This document shows, one piece after another, positions 1 to 13,012 of a stretch of 64,000 nt of DNA. Source of the DNA: Blepharisma stoltei ATCC 30299 (lineage: Eukaryota; Protista; Ciliophora); assembly GCA_965603825.1 (NCBI GenBank), contig CBFDEM010000016.1, positions 186,001 to 250,000 on the forward strand, in the 5' to 3' direction. The notes beneath the pieces were generated by a model that was not told the origin of the DNA, searched no databases, and was given only the letters and a program-made list of their open reading frames with translations. The position numbers were made by a program, and so were the translations under genes. Position 1 is the stretch's first letter; every line of letters starts with the position of its first letter.

Positions 1-3000
1 GTTTATTAAATGCATAACTCTGGAGCTGAGGTCCACCCTGGTCATAAGGACGTCATTATTTTGCAAGAAAGCCATAAGATTTTTTAAGAAATTTGTCTGG
101 TTGTTCACAAGTCCGGGTGTGTCCATATTTGGGCTGCTTTCAATACAAGAAATGATGCTTTCAACCAGCCTTGCTCGATACTCATCAGCATCAATTGTTT
201 TATTCAGCCAATGTATGAATTTAATTGCTTTAGGTGCCCTGTTCATGTCGAAATAGCAGAGCCTTGTAACGACTTTGTAAATTTGGAATAAGTGCTTATC
301 GTCCCTTGGCCTTTGGTAAAATCCAATTGGCTGCTGCTCATCAGATTTAACTAGCTTAGCACACCACGTTAAAAATGGAACCTCAAGCAGCTTTTCACAG
401 TTTTCTGGGTCAAGAATGATTTCTATTGATCTGAATACGTCAGAAATAAGCTCTTCATTGGTTTCTTGCTTTAACAAATCTATTAAGACTTCTAATGCTT
501 CAGGAAACACAATTCTTTTGACTGGCTCTGGGCCTTGGTTTGGAATTGCTTTGGCTGCAATAGAGGATAGATTGATAATTGTTTTTAGAATCCCTGACTC
601 TGGAGGATATAACAAGCCTACTTGGTTAAAACCATTTTGGGCAAGTATAAGGAGCATTTGGTAAGTGTATTTATTATTTTTTTGTTTCTGCAGAACACTG
701 TTTATCATATCAAAGCCACGGACTTTGAAAAACCAGCTCCTAAAGAGCTTCACTGACATATGGAGCAGCAGCCCAATAAACTTGATAGCTGCACATCTAA
801 TAGCTTCAGAAGGGCTCGAAAGAATACCAAACAGCAAAACCCCCCCATCTGCATTTAAAAACTTCTCTAAAAGTGCTTGATTCCCAATAAAAATATGAAG
901 ACTTATTATGCTCAGCATAGACACAGCTGAGTTTTCCATACATGCAAGATGAGTTTTAAGCTCTTGGAAAGTAAAAAGATCAAGCAAGTTATCAAGATGC
1001 TCCTGTCCCATCGAAATAACTAAATGTTCAAACAAAGAAAGTGAATGATACTCTAAACAATGGTATTCTTTTTCTGTCTGTTTTTTTATTAAATCAATAA
1101 GGACTTGGAAACCATTCACTTCAGAGCTTAAAAATATTTTTGCATTTTCTTCATGGCACATTAAGTTGCTGATTTCTTCAATGACGCCTGATATGAGATT
1201 TGGAGGCAAAACACATATTAAGTTAAGCAAAGCACACAACCCGCCAATTCTGTTTTGAGGGATAACTGGGATTGTTTCGATTTTCATAACAATCATTTTT
1301 CTCAAAGATATATGAGCTTGAGGAACATTTGAGATCGCAGATATGAGGCATTCTATTGAGTCAGCACTGGCGTATTCTTTGTAATTTGCGACTAAAGTCA
1401 TGACTGAGTTCCAGCCTCCTATATCTAAGAAATTTTGGTAATTATTTGGCGATTTTGTAATGAGCTCACAAATATATTCAATTGCTCTTGGCTGGAGCTC
1501 AGTTTTCATTATTGCGATAAACTCTGGGAGGGCTTGGATTTCATAGAGTGACTGCTTAATTGTGGTGGCTTGGTAAAAGTTTGAATTTTCAATTTGGTTG
1601 AGAACACCTTTATGAGTAAGCCAAATATTGCCAACTTTTATTGTGCCTTCAGGTGTTTCTTCTGGCAATTCATGGGCGATTTCTATCAAATTTGAGAGTT
1701 CTTGCTTTTTTTCTTCTTCAGGAAGCTTAAACACTGATTTTGTCTCAGAGAAATTGGTTTCTCCCAATAATCCTTCAGAATACATTGATGAAATTACAGC
1801 TGGATCTAAACAGCCTTCTAGGCAATTTATTTTAGACACCATAGATATCATTTCTTTGTCCCCAAAAATCCCTGTTATTGCATATTTTTCTTTTAATCCT
1901 GCAAAATAACTGCACTTAAACAGTGCGTATTGTTTACCATTTATATAAATTGTGACCCCTTGTTTACCATGGACTAATACAAAATGCTGCCACCTATCAG
2001 TAAACTCAAAATCAAATTGACAAGAGCTGTCAGCTGACTGTAAAAATGTTTGAATTGGGGCATTTACGATAATTTGTGACTGGATTAGGCTTGAATTTTT
2101 TATTAAGTCAAATGGTAAAAGTTTTTTATCAGAGTTGTGGCAATTTTTATATGAAAGCTGAAACAGCACAAGCCCTTTGTTATGGTCGACCCATGAAAAT
2201 ATAGGAATTTGGTCAGAGCTTGATCTTTTAATTTTGATCCAGAAAGACAGTGAGTACCCGTTTTTCGGAAATGATACAAGTTCTGGGGAGTCTAGTCTGG
2301 TGTTGTCAAGATAATAAAAAGAACTAGCTAATTCAAGCTGTAAACACTTAGACAATATCCCTTGGACTTGTTTCTGATAAGGATGGTTTTCATTTTTAAT
2401 AATCTGTAACAGAAGCCCGGCCTCTTCTTTGCTTACTGAGTATGTCAAAGTTGACTCTAAAAGTTTCAAGCAATGCTCAGCTGCAGGCTGAGAAAATAGT
2501 TCTAGGGTTTTCAATAAAATTTTGGGGACCTGCAGCAAATATAAAATTTTCTTATTCAAGTAAAATCTTGATAAAGCATGCAAGCATTTAATCCCTTCAA
2601 CTTGTATATCATGTGCTGACTTAAGCAGATAAATCAATAAACCTACTATTTGAGGAGTATTAAGTAGCTTTAAGTTACTATGGCTCATTTCAAACGCATT
2701 GCAGCAAGAAATCGTCGGAGTAAAAGGCTGAGCTATAGAGCTTGATGGAGCAGTACTGCCATGTCTACTATTAGTATGAGGGTCGAATAAATATTTAGGA
2801 TGAACAGCAGAAAGAATCAGATCTGATTGATAGGTAGGTAATGTACTTAAAAGCTGAGAAATATACCCGGAGTGCTCCAAGTACCCTGACTCTATGCTAA
2901 GATCTAACAATAAATGCAAAGATAGGCTTGTAAGTGGCAACGTATTTGCTAGCTCTTTATGGGAAATTAAATTATTGATCCTTAGTTTAAGCTCTCCAGA

Positions 3001-5136
3001 GTTCTTTGTAGACGCAAATAACAAGTTTTGATAAGGTTCTTCTGTGATGTGCTCTATGATCAATTCAAATCCTCCACTGCTTAAAAACTCTTCTCTTGCT
3101 GCAAATCCTCTAAATTTGTCAATATTTGCATAATCATCCAGTATAAGAATTTTAGTTGCAAATTCGACTTCTCCAGCTTTCACTAAACTGACTAAGACGT
3201 CAGAAATATTTTCAATACCCACTTTAGTTAGAAGAGACCTTTCAAATATCCATTCTCCAGTAGGCCCAAAGCCCCTCAGTTTAGAAAACTCGCGGACTTG
3301 GTCTGCTGTGAATAAGGTTAGCTTGGAATCTATAGCCATTGGAGAAGATAATATAAGCTCAGTATATAAGAGCTCAAACTGGATTAAGTGGCATAGGATA
3401 GGCAACGCGCACTCTTCTGAAACATTTAAAACTTCTAATGACGCTATAGCTGCAATTCTCATCCCATCAAATGAGGAGAGGAATGCGTTTTTCGCTAGCA
3501 AAGTCCTATTTGAGCATCTAGCATTTAGATCACTTATCATACTTGATAAAGTCTCACTTAGGATTGCTAAGTATTCTTTTTCTATCTCTCTCGCGTTATT
3601 TTTTATGCAGCTCCCATATATCTTAATCATCGCAACATTTTTTTCCCAAGCATTTCCCATTATGAAGCTTAAATTCCTGGTTAAATCGTCAAATGATTTT
3701 AACAAATCCAGCCTTTCCTCAGCCAAAATGTCTTGAAGTTCTCCATCTTTATAAAACCCTATAGGATTCTCAGTTCTCAGCACAATTCTTTGTAAAGCAA
3801 TTTCTAGATTTTCTAGGTTTTCTTTTTCATAGAAGCATAGCACGTTTTTCCAGTTGACTTCAATGATATGCCTTAAGGTCGAAATTGCTCCTTTTACTAT
3901 CCATATATTAGGTGAAGTGGCAGATAATTTTCCTAATAATTCAAATGCTTTGAGGTTTCCAATATGGTCTGACTTTCTTCCATCCATAACTATGGTTTTC
4001 AGGATTTTGAAGCATCCACCAAGGAATTCAATACTGCTGGTGGTTTCTGTTTTAATTTTGTTAAAACAGTCACAAATTAAGTCATAGCCTTCAACTTTTC
4101 TGAATTCTTTTTGATTTTTCACGTTATGCTCTAAAAGAATACTCAATGTTTCCATTAAATCTAGTTGAACCTCTACAGCAGCTTGATGCAAAGCTGTAAC
4201 AATAGTGGTAACTGCTCCTTGGACTTGTGAAAACTCATCAATAATTTCGTTTTTGGATTCTTCTTTAACAGGAGAATTTCCTGCTGAGAGACATCTTTCA
4301 GCCTCTTCTATTGCTTGAAATCGTTCTATATAGTTATTTGTAGCAGCCCTTATCATGGACTCAGAGGGTGGGAAAATCGTCGGCTCATCCTCTTCTTCCA
4401 TAGACTGATTAACTGATCTCTGAGAGTCATCATTCGGGAACAAGCTCCATGCAAGTTTGGTGACTCCTCCTATCACTTTTTTAATTTTGACTCTAATCCC
4501 TTCATTGTTTTCCACAATTTCAATAGGTTTGGCGTCCAAAAACTGTTTTATTGTCTTTATGACCTCCCTTGTCAGCTTTTCATTTTTATCCAGCAGCAAT
4601 TGCATGATTTTTTGTAAGCCTCCATTTTTGCATACTTCTTTTTTCCCTTCAATGCTAAAGCTGTTCACTAATCGCAATGCTAAGACTCGGGCTTGTTCAT
4701 CGTCAACTCTTTCGAAAAGCGTGATAATATTGTTGATCATCTCAGGGGAACGCTCTACATACTTACGATAGTGCTCGCTACGTACTAATAGTTCAAGAGC
4801 TTCAAGAAGTTTGTTGAGAAATATGCCTAAATTCTGTTCATTTGGCTGTAGACCTTCTTCTTCGAGGTAATGCTTTAAATGCTGAAATAAAAGGTCGAGC
4901 AACTCGGTACAGTCTCCGAATATTTGCTCAATTTGTGCTCTACGGTCAGAAGAATTGTAAAACTCCTTTACCGCATTTTGGAAGGAATCTAAAAAGTTGC
5001 TGAGAGGCGCTAAATCTTTAATTTTGGTACTAATTGGAGCTTACTCTATGCTTGCTAATGCTTTGTATTCGTTCCATAGTTCTTGAAGTCTTCGATAAGT
5101 TCGAAAATTTTGCCACTTTCGCCTAATCGATTGCAT
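1..5136 (-). CDS. Large BEACH-family (WDFY3/LvsA/neurobeachin-like) protein, N-terminal ~1700 aa; runs off the window start
   Basis: ATG at 5136 (MQSIRRKWQNF). A 15-nt intron at 5030-5044 removes an in-frame TAA, then the frame stays open to position 1 (no minus-strand stop-terminated ORF in the track). Mostly ARM-like helical sequence, plus a ConA/LamG-like segment FPKNGYSLSFWIKI...DRWQHF (~1980-2280) typical of BEACH proteins. The BEACH/WD40 part would lie outside the window. Confidence 0.7.
5030..5044 (-). other. 15-nt spliceosomal intron (GTAAGCTCCAATTAG)
   Basis: GT..AG, A at position 10, contains an in-frame TAA; removal restores the ORF (GA|T = Asp). Confidence 0.9.
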
Positions 5137-5672
5137 TTTATTATAAAGCCAAAGTGATAATTTAAAGTTATTATGGCTTAGGAATTATTACTGATATACT
5201 TTAAAAATGCAAATTACTGAAATTTAAGTTTGACTTGGAGTTACAATTCACGATGGGCATTATAAATGAGATTAATTAGTAGATAAATCATATTTTAATT
5301 TATAAATTTTCAAAAAAAAAATAAAATCATAAATTAAGGAATTCGGGTAAAAAAAGTCACATGTCTATTTTTCTTTAGGTATTGAATTTAGTTTATTAAA
5401 TAATTAATTTATTTAGTACACGCTATCGCTTTCGAAACTTTCATTCCCAGATTTATCCGATCAGGATAATTAAATTAATTGAGCCATAATTTTACAGTTC
5501 AAAAAATAAATAAATATATGCCTGCATGCATGCAAATGTTTTGGGAAAAGTCTAAGACTTTTGCTAAACTTTTAAGATTTATAAAACATAAAATACAAGC
5601 CAAGCAATAGACAAATTTTTATTAATACGAAACATTAAAGTCGTTTTTACTCGTGACTAGATCTTGAATAAA

Positions 5673-7094
5673 TTAGACTATTATACAGAATTCACATGCA
5701 GTTGCTTTAGAGTTATTTTCTATAGACAAAGCAACTTGAGAAGTAAGTTTTCTGTGTCTTTTCACTTGAGCTTCATCTCTTAACCTTGCCAAAATTCTAT
5801 GTCTGTGTCCAACCTTCTCAATCCCAATGTCATTTTTGAGTACCTCATCAGTAATTGGGTAATTAGAGTGCATTAGCATCAATAAATGGTCCATATCATC
5901 ATAGCCTGCATCTTTAAAAAATCGATGAAAATATCCTAAGCCCATCTGTTCTAATCATTCTTGCAGAGTCGGTAATAAATTAATTCCTGGAGCATAATTC
6001 GGGACAGAACAGCACGAAAAAGCAGATTTTTTAGGCTGCTTAACTTTTTTCTCTTTTATTTCTAGCTCCAAAAGTGCTAAAAACCTAGCAATATATCCCG
6101 GTTTCCTTACCCCAATATTCTCAAGCGTTTTTATATTAAGTGGCTCCGAAGATTTCATCAGCTGAAAAATACATTCAATATCATCATACCCATTATGTAT
6201 AAGCGTTTGAAATAAAGCTTCAAGTCTTGCATTGCATAGCCACCTATACAAGTTATTTTTACTCAAATCTCCTCCAAATGAAAAAGTTCTCGATGAATTT
6301 ATAATATTGACACTCCCAGTGCTAACTCTTTCACATTCAGGCTCAAGAACTGATTCAGACTTTGTCACTTCATTATCCTCTTCAAATGAAGGAGTGTCTT
6401 TAAGAATATATCTTAATTCGTCCATACTGTGATCTAGCCCTTCATCAATAGTTTCTGTTTTGCATTCAATAATGGGATAATCAATTTTCTCATTAAAATC
6501 TAATCCTAAGCTGGGGTTTTCGATAGCGTTATTTAATATTTTCAAAATTTCTTGGCTGTGAGTATAATCTATTGATGCTTTCCCAGAACGATCTAAAATA
6601 AGAGGAGAGGCATTGAAATATAGGAGTTCTTGGACAACTTGAAAATTCCCAGCTTCAACAGCCAGATGAAGCGGAGTTTTGCCAAAAACAAAATTTTGTA
6701 TGTTTGGGTTTGCCTTATGCCTCAACAAAAGCTTCACTATTTTCAAATGGCCTTTATATGCTGAATGATGCAGAGCTGTATCACCGTCATTTTGCTGTAT
6801 ATTTGGATCACTTTTATAGTTGATAAGCAATTCAGCTATTTTATATTGGTCATTATCAGCAGCTTGGTGAAGCGGAGTTTCACCTAGACGATTTTGAATA
6901 TTTGGGTTTGCGCCTTTCGATAGTAAAAATTGTGTTGCTTCTAAGTGCCCGCAGATAACAGTTCGATACAAAGGAGCTCATCCAAGTTTTTTATCAAGTT
7001 CATCTATTATCTCAGGTGATTGATCTAGTGCATTTCTAATTAATCCGATGTCTCCCAGTCTGGATGCTTTTTGTAACTCTTCAGAAAAGTCCAT
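5673..7094 (-). CDS. Ankyrin-repeat + tandem SAM-domain protein with C-terminal CaaX (473 aa)
   Basis: ATG 7094. TGA=Trp at 6978-6980 (LG-W-APL, ankyrin) and 5955-5957 (QE-W-LEQMGL, SAM). GETPLH/GDTALH/GKTPLH repeats, two SAM-like units, ends CEFCIIV-TAA. Confidence 0.9.
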
Positions 7095-7189
7095 AGAATA
7101 GAAATATGTTAAAACTTAACAATTAAAATGTAAAAAGATTATCCATAATAGCACATAAAATTTGATAAAAAAGATTATTGATAGATCAA

Positions 7190-7954
7190 TTAGGTCATTT
7201 TTTCAATCACGTCATTGATTTGTTCAGCTCTGAACCCATAATCTCCTCCTTTGTTGAATGGAGTTTTAAGGAATTGTTTAGGTGGAACATTAAGTTTGAA
7301 AGGGCTAAGTAGGTTTTACCATAAGAAATTGGTGACTTTGCTAAAGTTTTCTGCAGGGTGACTGATTTCATGAATAATGTCATCAATGCAAAGAACTCCA
7401 GCTTCCCCAAGCGCGTCTTCGACCATTGTGTTATCTTTTAAAGGAATTTCCAAATTATCCTTCATGACTTTAGCTCGTTTTCTGATAAGCTTGTCAATCA
7501 AAGCAGGGCTTGGATTCCCAAATGTAATGAATGGCTCAGCTGTTTTCAAGAGCAACTGAGTAGCTTCATCACAAATTAGAAATATACCTGTATATCTTTG
7601 TGTGAGTCTTAAGGTGTTTAATGCTTTCTTTATTGGGTTTGCAGCATTCACAGAGCTAAATAACCATTACATGTGGATCCTTATGGCAAAAATTAATTGA
7701 CCATCAGAAGGGATATCTGTATACTTTCTTTTCATTCTTACTAGCAACGCTTTTTCTGATTTGTTTTTAGTTCTTTGAGAAGCGATAAATGAGCCAATGG
7801 ATTTGATTTTTGGAACCCTTTCCTTTTTCCTTCTCATCTGTTCTTCTCTTTCTTTAGTTATTTGGTCCCTGATCCTTTCGTCATCAGCTCTTTCTCTTTT
7901 TCTCAGCAATGTCTCTGGCTTGCTTTCTGCTTTGAGCTGGCTGATTGTTTTCAT
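7190..7954 (-). CDS. RLP7: Ribosome biogenesis protein RLP7/RPL7L1 (uL30 family), 3 exons
   Basis: PETLLRKR, LIFAIRI, LRL, EPFITFGNP, DNTMVEDALG..CIDDIIHEI, spliced NFLCPFKL, GGDYGFR. Two 15-nt introns join ORFs 7667-7954 and 7316-7651 to a last exon ending TAA at 7190. Confidence 0.85.
7305..7319 (-). other. 15-nt spliceosomal intron (GTAAAACCTACTTAG)
   Basis: GT..AG, A at position 10, in-frame TAA; splicing gives NFLC-PFKL. Confidence 0.9.
7656..7670 (-). other. 15-nt spliceosomal intron (GTAATGGTTATTTAG)
   Basis: GT..AG, A at position 10, in-frame TAA; splicing gives RIHI-SVNAAN. Confidence 0.9.
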
Positions 7955-8048
7955 ATTTTATGGGAGGTGGAAAATGAGTATCATTATGCCACGATGGCTA
8001 TTTCGATCAATGAATAAGTAGAAGTTAATTTTTTTTAAAATAAGGTGC

Positions 8049-8981
8049 TTAATTAGTTTCAAATCTAAATATTTTTTCAGGAGTAGATCGATGTAATGGA
8101 GAATTGAAAAAGCTTCTATCTTCTTCTCTATGTGTTTTAGGTCCAGAAAGCTCAACTTGCTGCTGGACATTTAAAGTCAAATTCGAAATGTTTTTCGGGC
8201 TCAATTTGATTTTACGCTGATTTAGGTCTTGAATTACGAGAGGAATGTTTTCGACTTTTGATAAGCTTTCCAAAACGGGGATGATCTTGGATAACTCTGT
8301 GTCAGATGGATCGTCGAACCATGAAGTTATAGGAATAGCGTTATTTGGGTGCATGGAATATGCGATCGGTGAATTATCGACTATAATTACATCTTTTATA
8401 TTTCTGCCAAGATGGTCTAAGTTTTTAACGTAACTCCCATTATACACAACACAGCTATCTCTAAATAGTCTGGCATTTATATAGCCGTTTGGATCTAATA
8501 GATCGATGACTGGATTGGCATATTTAGCCAGGCTTGCAGTGAAGAGTACGACCTCATAGAGTTCAGAAACTTTGGCTAAAAATTCTGGGACTCCTGGTCT
8601 TATTTTGACATAAATCAAGTGGGAAATTCCTTCTATTGTAAGATTGATAACCATATCCGGGCTATCAACTGGCTTAAGTGAGCTATGGACTAAAGTTTCA
8701 TCTAAGTCCAATACAAGCGTTTTTGTTGCTTTTAGTGCAAAATCTTTTGGAGGGAGAAGTATTGTTTCTTCGGTTACTTTTGATGGCTCTCTGTTTTTGA
8801 CTTTTAAACAGGAACAAAATGAATATATGAGTCGAGCAACGGAATAAAAATTGAAGGATCTCCGAGGAGGTTTGTCACCTGGCTTCACTTGGGTGATTAT
8901 TTCTTCAAGCTGGACTTCTGAGTAGCTGTCTTCTGCGTCATCCTCAAAGCGTTGTTGTTTTTTCTTGCTAGTTTTATCCAT
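8049..8981 (-). CDS. CTD small phosphatase-like (SCP/CTDSP/Psr1, NIF-type HAD phosphatase), 310 aa
   Basis: LVLDLDETLVHS, RPG, FTAS, RLFRDSC, IIVDNSP, NAIPITSWFDD motifs. Confidence 0.95.
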   Translation of the reverse strand: MDKTSKKKQQRFEDDAEDSYSEVQLEEIITQVKPGDKPPRRSFNFYSVARLIYSFCSCLKVKNREPSKVTEETILLPPKDFALKATKTLVLDLDETLVHSSLKPVDSPDMVINLTIEGISHLIYVKIRPGVPEFLAKVSELYEVVLFTASLAKYANPVIDLLDPNGYINARLFRDSCVVYNGSYVKNLDHLGRNIKDVIIVDNSPIAYSMHPNNAIPITSWFDDPSDTELSKIIPVLESLSKVENIPLVIQDLNQRKIKLSPKNISNLTLNVQQQVELSGPKTHREEDRSFFNSPLHRSTPEKIFRFETN

Positions 8982-9622
8982 TTATAAGTAAGTAACCTGA
9001 ATTTAAATGGTTTTTTACAAGAATTAACCTCTCTAGAATTAATAAAATGGAAACTCATCAGATTTATTTTAATTTCCATAATAAAGTCAGCAGCTTTGAA
9101 GTGCTCCGTTACTACTTTTAATAATCTGTTTAAAGCTAAAATAATGCTTAGCATAGGATAAACCTATTTCACTCAGGCTAATTTGATGAAGGTTAAGTTT
9201 ATAAATGAAAATTTAAATATATACAAGGTAAGCATTTGATAATATGTATAGGACTTGATATGCTTGATGTTTAAGGCTATATAATTTTTTTGAAATTATT
9301 TTTTTAATAATTATGGAATTAAATTTTTAATCATGTTGATACATTTATGATACCAAATATCAAATACACCTAAATATTCTAAATATTAAATTTAAAGAAA
9401 ATTCAAAATAAATGTATCTTTCAACAAAAATTATCAAGTATTAAATGATTATAGAAAAAATATTAGAAATTTTTTTTATGAGATAGAATTAACCTTGAGA
9501 ATTAAAAAAAAGTATTTTATTCGTTAAATTTTTTTATAGAGGTGTGCTAAATTTAATAAAATATTAAATTTTCTTTAAAATGTCAATTTGCGAGCTAAAG
9601 CATGACTGTTATGTAAAATCTA

Positions 9623-9638
9623 ATATATATATATATAT
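9623..9638. repeat. (AT)8 microsatellite
   Basis: atatatatatatatat within the long AT-rich spacer. Confidence 0.9.
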
Positions 9639-9875
9639 GCCAACATTTTACAACAAATATATATTCAAATAAAAGAAATATTAAAGCATATTCTTATTTA
9701 AGCAATGCAATATACTTTGTTAAGTAAATAATCTAAATTTTGGTTATAATCAGCTTATTCGAGTTTCAATTATATTAATACAACCAAAAAAGCACTCATT
9801 ACAATTTATAAAATTTTGAAATTTCATTTGTTTTTAATACTAAAAAACACTTTTACGATATCAACTATAAATGAA

Positions 9876-10559
9876 ATGGAGTCTAAAGGAAAAAGAAAAA
9901 TGAGCAATAATAGCACAGCATACGAAGTGGATGATGATATTTGGATGGTTCCATGCAAGATCGATGATATCTCAAAAAAATTTATCCCAGTCTGTAGGCC
10001 AGATCTAAATGATGGAGCAAATGCGCAAAGGCAATCATGGTCTGAAAGAGAAGATGAAGTGTTAATGGAACTCGTTCACGCTAGAGGAACCAAAAAATGG
10101 ACTGCAATTTCTAAAGAACTTAATGATATTATGTATAATGGAAGAAAAATAAGGCATGGAAAACAATGTAGAGAAAGATGAGGGAATCATTTGAATCCTT
10201 CTCTCAAAAAAGGAGGCTGAACCGCAGATGAAGATATGTACATTCTAAAAAGACACCAAGAAATTGGAAGTAAATGAAGTCAAATTGCTAAAGAGCTTCA
10301 AGGAAGAACTGAAAACAGTGTAAAAAATAGATGAAAAAGTATAATACGTAAAGGAGAAAAAGCAGGGCTTGAGGCAAGTGAGTTATTGGGAACTATTAGA
10401 ATTGAAAGTGGAGGAGAGACTGGGGAAGGAAATGGGTTTTATAGTGAAGAAAATAATTTTACAAATGGAGAAGAAGGAAGGAGGAATTCATTTTCCTCCT
10501 ACGATAGTAATGAATTCAATGACATTGATTCGCCTTCCAATTTTTTGGTTGATTTCTAA
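9876..10559 (+). CDS. R2R3-type Myb transcription factor (227 aa)
   Basis: WSEREDEVL..KKWTAIS..RHGKQCRER-W-GNHLNP..GG-W-TADED..GSK-W-SQIAK..GRTENSVKNR-W. Four Trp are encoded by TGA (10179, 10218, 10275, 10332). Ends TAA at 10557-10559. Confidence 0.95.
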
Positions 10560-10895
10560 AGGTGTCTACCACAATACTTTGGTTTATATATTTCACATAA
10601 TTTAATCATTTTTGTAATTACAGACAAGTCTTATTTTAAAATTAATTAATTAAATACATATTTTTCACTTATTTCATTATTTATCTATTTAAATCAGCCT
10701 GCGAAAAAATTAATTTATGAGGAGAATAATCATACAATACTGCTGTATGAAGCCAATAAAGATATATATTTGCATTATATATGCTTGAATGTAATATCTT
10801 TTGATTAGCTCAATTTTACTTTAAAAAGTTGAAATTATTAAATCTCTGGCTAATTAAAAAATTTGATTTTATCAATCTTGGCAATTAAAAATAAT

Positions 10896-11228
10896 TTAAT
10901 AAATTATCACAGAGTCATCAAGTGCTTCAAGTCCATATTCATTCTCTTCATAATTAAAGAGACCGAACTCAAAGTCTTTTTCATACTTCTTGCTGATAAG
11001 CAAGGGAAATGCTTCACTCTTCAGTTCGCAGACTTTCTGGATCTTAATCCTCATAAAATATTTCTGTGCATGGCTTCGGACCTGCATTTTTCCTCTTGTT
11101 TTAATAATACCAGACACCTTTTGCCAGTTCTCACCAAACTCTCCTAAGCCTTTCAAGAATAATTCATGCTCTTCTCTTGACCATCTGCCCTTATTGAAGC
11201 TGATTTTAGGACTTTCAATTGACTTCAT
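10896..11228 (-). CDS. Single-repeat SHAQKYF-class Myb (CCA1/REVEILLE/MybSt1-like DNA-binding domain), 110 aa
   Basis: GRWSREEHELFLKGL..W..V..IKTR..QVRSHAQKYF. Confidence 0.92.
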   Translation of the reverse strand: MKSIESPKISFNKGRWSREEHELFLKGLGEFGENWQKVSGIIKTRGKMQVRSHAQKYFMRIKIQKVCELKSEAFPLLISKKYEKDFEFGLFNYEENEYGLEALDDSVIIY

Positions 11229-11485
11229 AGCTATTTAATTATTATATTGAAAAAATAGGATACTCAGACAAAGCGTATCCTACCGATCCATTTTTGCATT
11301 AAGAAGTATTTGCATCCTATAAAAATTTTAACTGAAATTTTAATTTAATCAATAATTACCAGCAAATAATAAAGCTTCATGCAATTTATTTATTTTTTCT
11401 ATAGATTTCAAATAAAATTAAACACTTGTGGTTTATATGAATATAATTATATAAAGCATTATCATTCACTTTAATAATGAGTTAT

Positions 11486-12736
11486 CTAATTTCTAGAAAA
11501 GTATTCCTTGATCTTATCAAGAAGATCAGGCCCCAAGCTTTCGATTTGTTCTATACATGCTTCAAGCGTCGTGACATAATAGCCCATTGACCCATGTTGA
11601 ACAATTCGTCTCCCAAACTCATAAATCAGTTTTACATGACCTCTTAAGTTATAAATTTTGGCTTTAAGTACAATATAAAGAAAGATGCTTAAAATCTGAT
11701 CAGCGTCAATAACAAGCTCTTTCGGGTTGATATCAGGGTCATCTCTCCAATAATCGTCAACGCACTCACATATCAGTCTTGTGGTGCTAATAATCACGTT
11801 CACTTTATTCAGTGGAGAATAGCATTGCTCTATTTCCTTTAATTTATCAATTGCTTTCTGGTATCCTTGATCAATCCCTTTTCCTCTTTCAACATCAAGC
11901 TGAAAAGGTGTTTCCAGACCCAAATCCGCACAACTTAAATTTCCAAACGTTTCAAGCTGCTGTCGATATTTTTCTTCTGCTTGCTGGTTTAGAAGTCTAA
12001 AAGCAGCCATTAGCACGCTGTGCAAATTTTCTGAAAAAACCTCTTCTAAGATCCAGTCATACATTTCTCCAGGTTTTTCTTCCATCATTCTGGCAACAAC
12101 TCCACCATAGTAATGTATCATTGACTGAAGAGTGACCATAATAAAAGCTTTGACTTCTTCTACAAGCTGGCTGGTAACCTTTTCGGGGTCAGCTAAAACT
12201 TCTGCGTTTAATTTTAGGTCAGTGCTTGAATTGGTATTTGGATCTAAATATTGTTGAGTGAAATAAATATTGAACTTAGAAATCATGGCTGCAATAAAAT
12301 GGTCTTCTTTGGATTTAAAGTGGCTTTTTAAGAAATCAATCAAGCTTTGGGCCTCAAAAGTATTCACAAAGTTAGAAGGCATCGGGATTTTTAGGGTTAC
12401 TTGAGGTGTGGCCTGACTTTGGGGAGTTTGGACTTTGTAAGTTTGAAGGTAATCGTACCAGAGGACGTTGGACCTCCATTTGTGGTCTTTAATTGTATTT
12501 CAATTTCTGCAGAGCTTTTGGAGCTTTGCTGGCCAAGTTGCTTCTGGGAATTTCTGCTTGGCTGTCTCGATTTCTTCGATGATAAAGTCTTTCCAGTTCT
12601 ATTTGGAAGTTACTCTGAAATCGCACGCGTTAATTACTTCTTCATTCTTTTTATAATATTCTCGCTTTTTGTTTTCAATTATTTTTAGATATTCGTCTTT
12701 GATACTGCTTTTCTTTCGGCTGTGCTTTCCTCCCAT
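11486..12736 (-). CDS. VPS9-domain Rab5-family GEF with N-myristoylation-like start (MGGKHS), 2 exons
   Basis: ATG 12736, 15-nt intron 12599-12613, TGA=Trp at 12500-12502, in frame with ORF 11486-12382. VPS9 motifs SPLNK, DADQILSIFLYIVLK, GYYVTTLEAC. Confidence 0.88.
12599..12613 (-). other. 15-nt spliceosomal intron (GTAACTTCCAAATAG)
   Basis: GT..AG, A at position 10, terminal TAG is an in-frame stop; splicing gives DFR-NWKDF. Confidence 0.9.
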
Positions 12737-13012
12737 TTTATATTTCGATTGATCAGGCAGTAGCTATTTTTATATATAATATCGAAAGATTTTCTAATAA
12801 ATTCTTGGAGAGAGATATAATGCTAAAAGAAAATTATATACACGACTTAAATATTTTTTAAATTAAATTGAGGAATATATTTTTAAGATTTTAAAAAAAT
12901 TATTTCAAATTTTGCTTATTGATAATTTATGCATAATGCTAATTTGAAGAAAATGCTTGATTATATAAATTTTGAATTTATTATTTTATTTATGGATGCT
13001 TAATTTTGTATT

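Noticed and set aside
416-4771. Short plus-strand ORFs over the first 5 kb
   Set aside because: Antisense shadows of the continuous minus-strand BEACH-family CDS.
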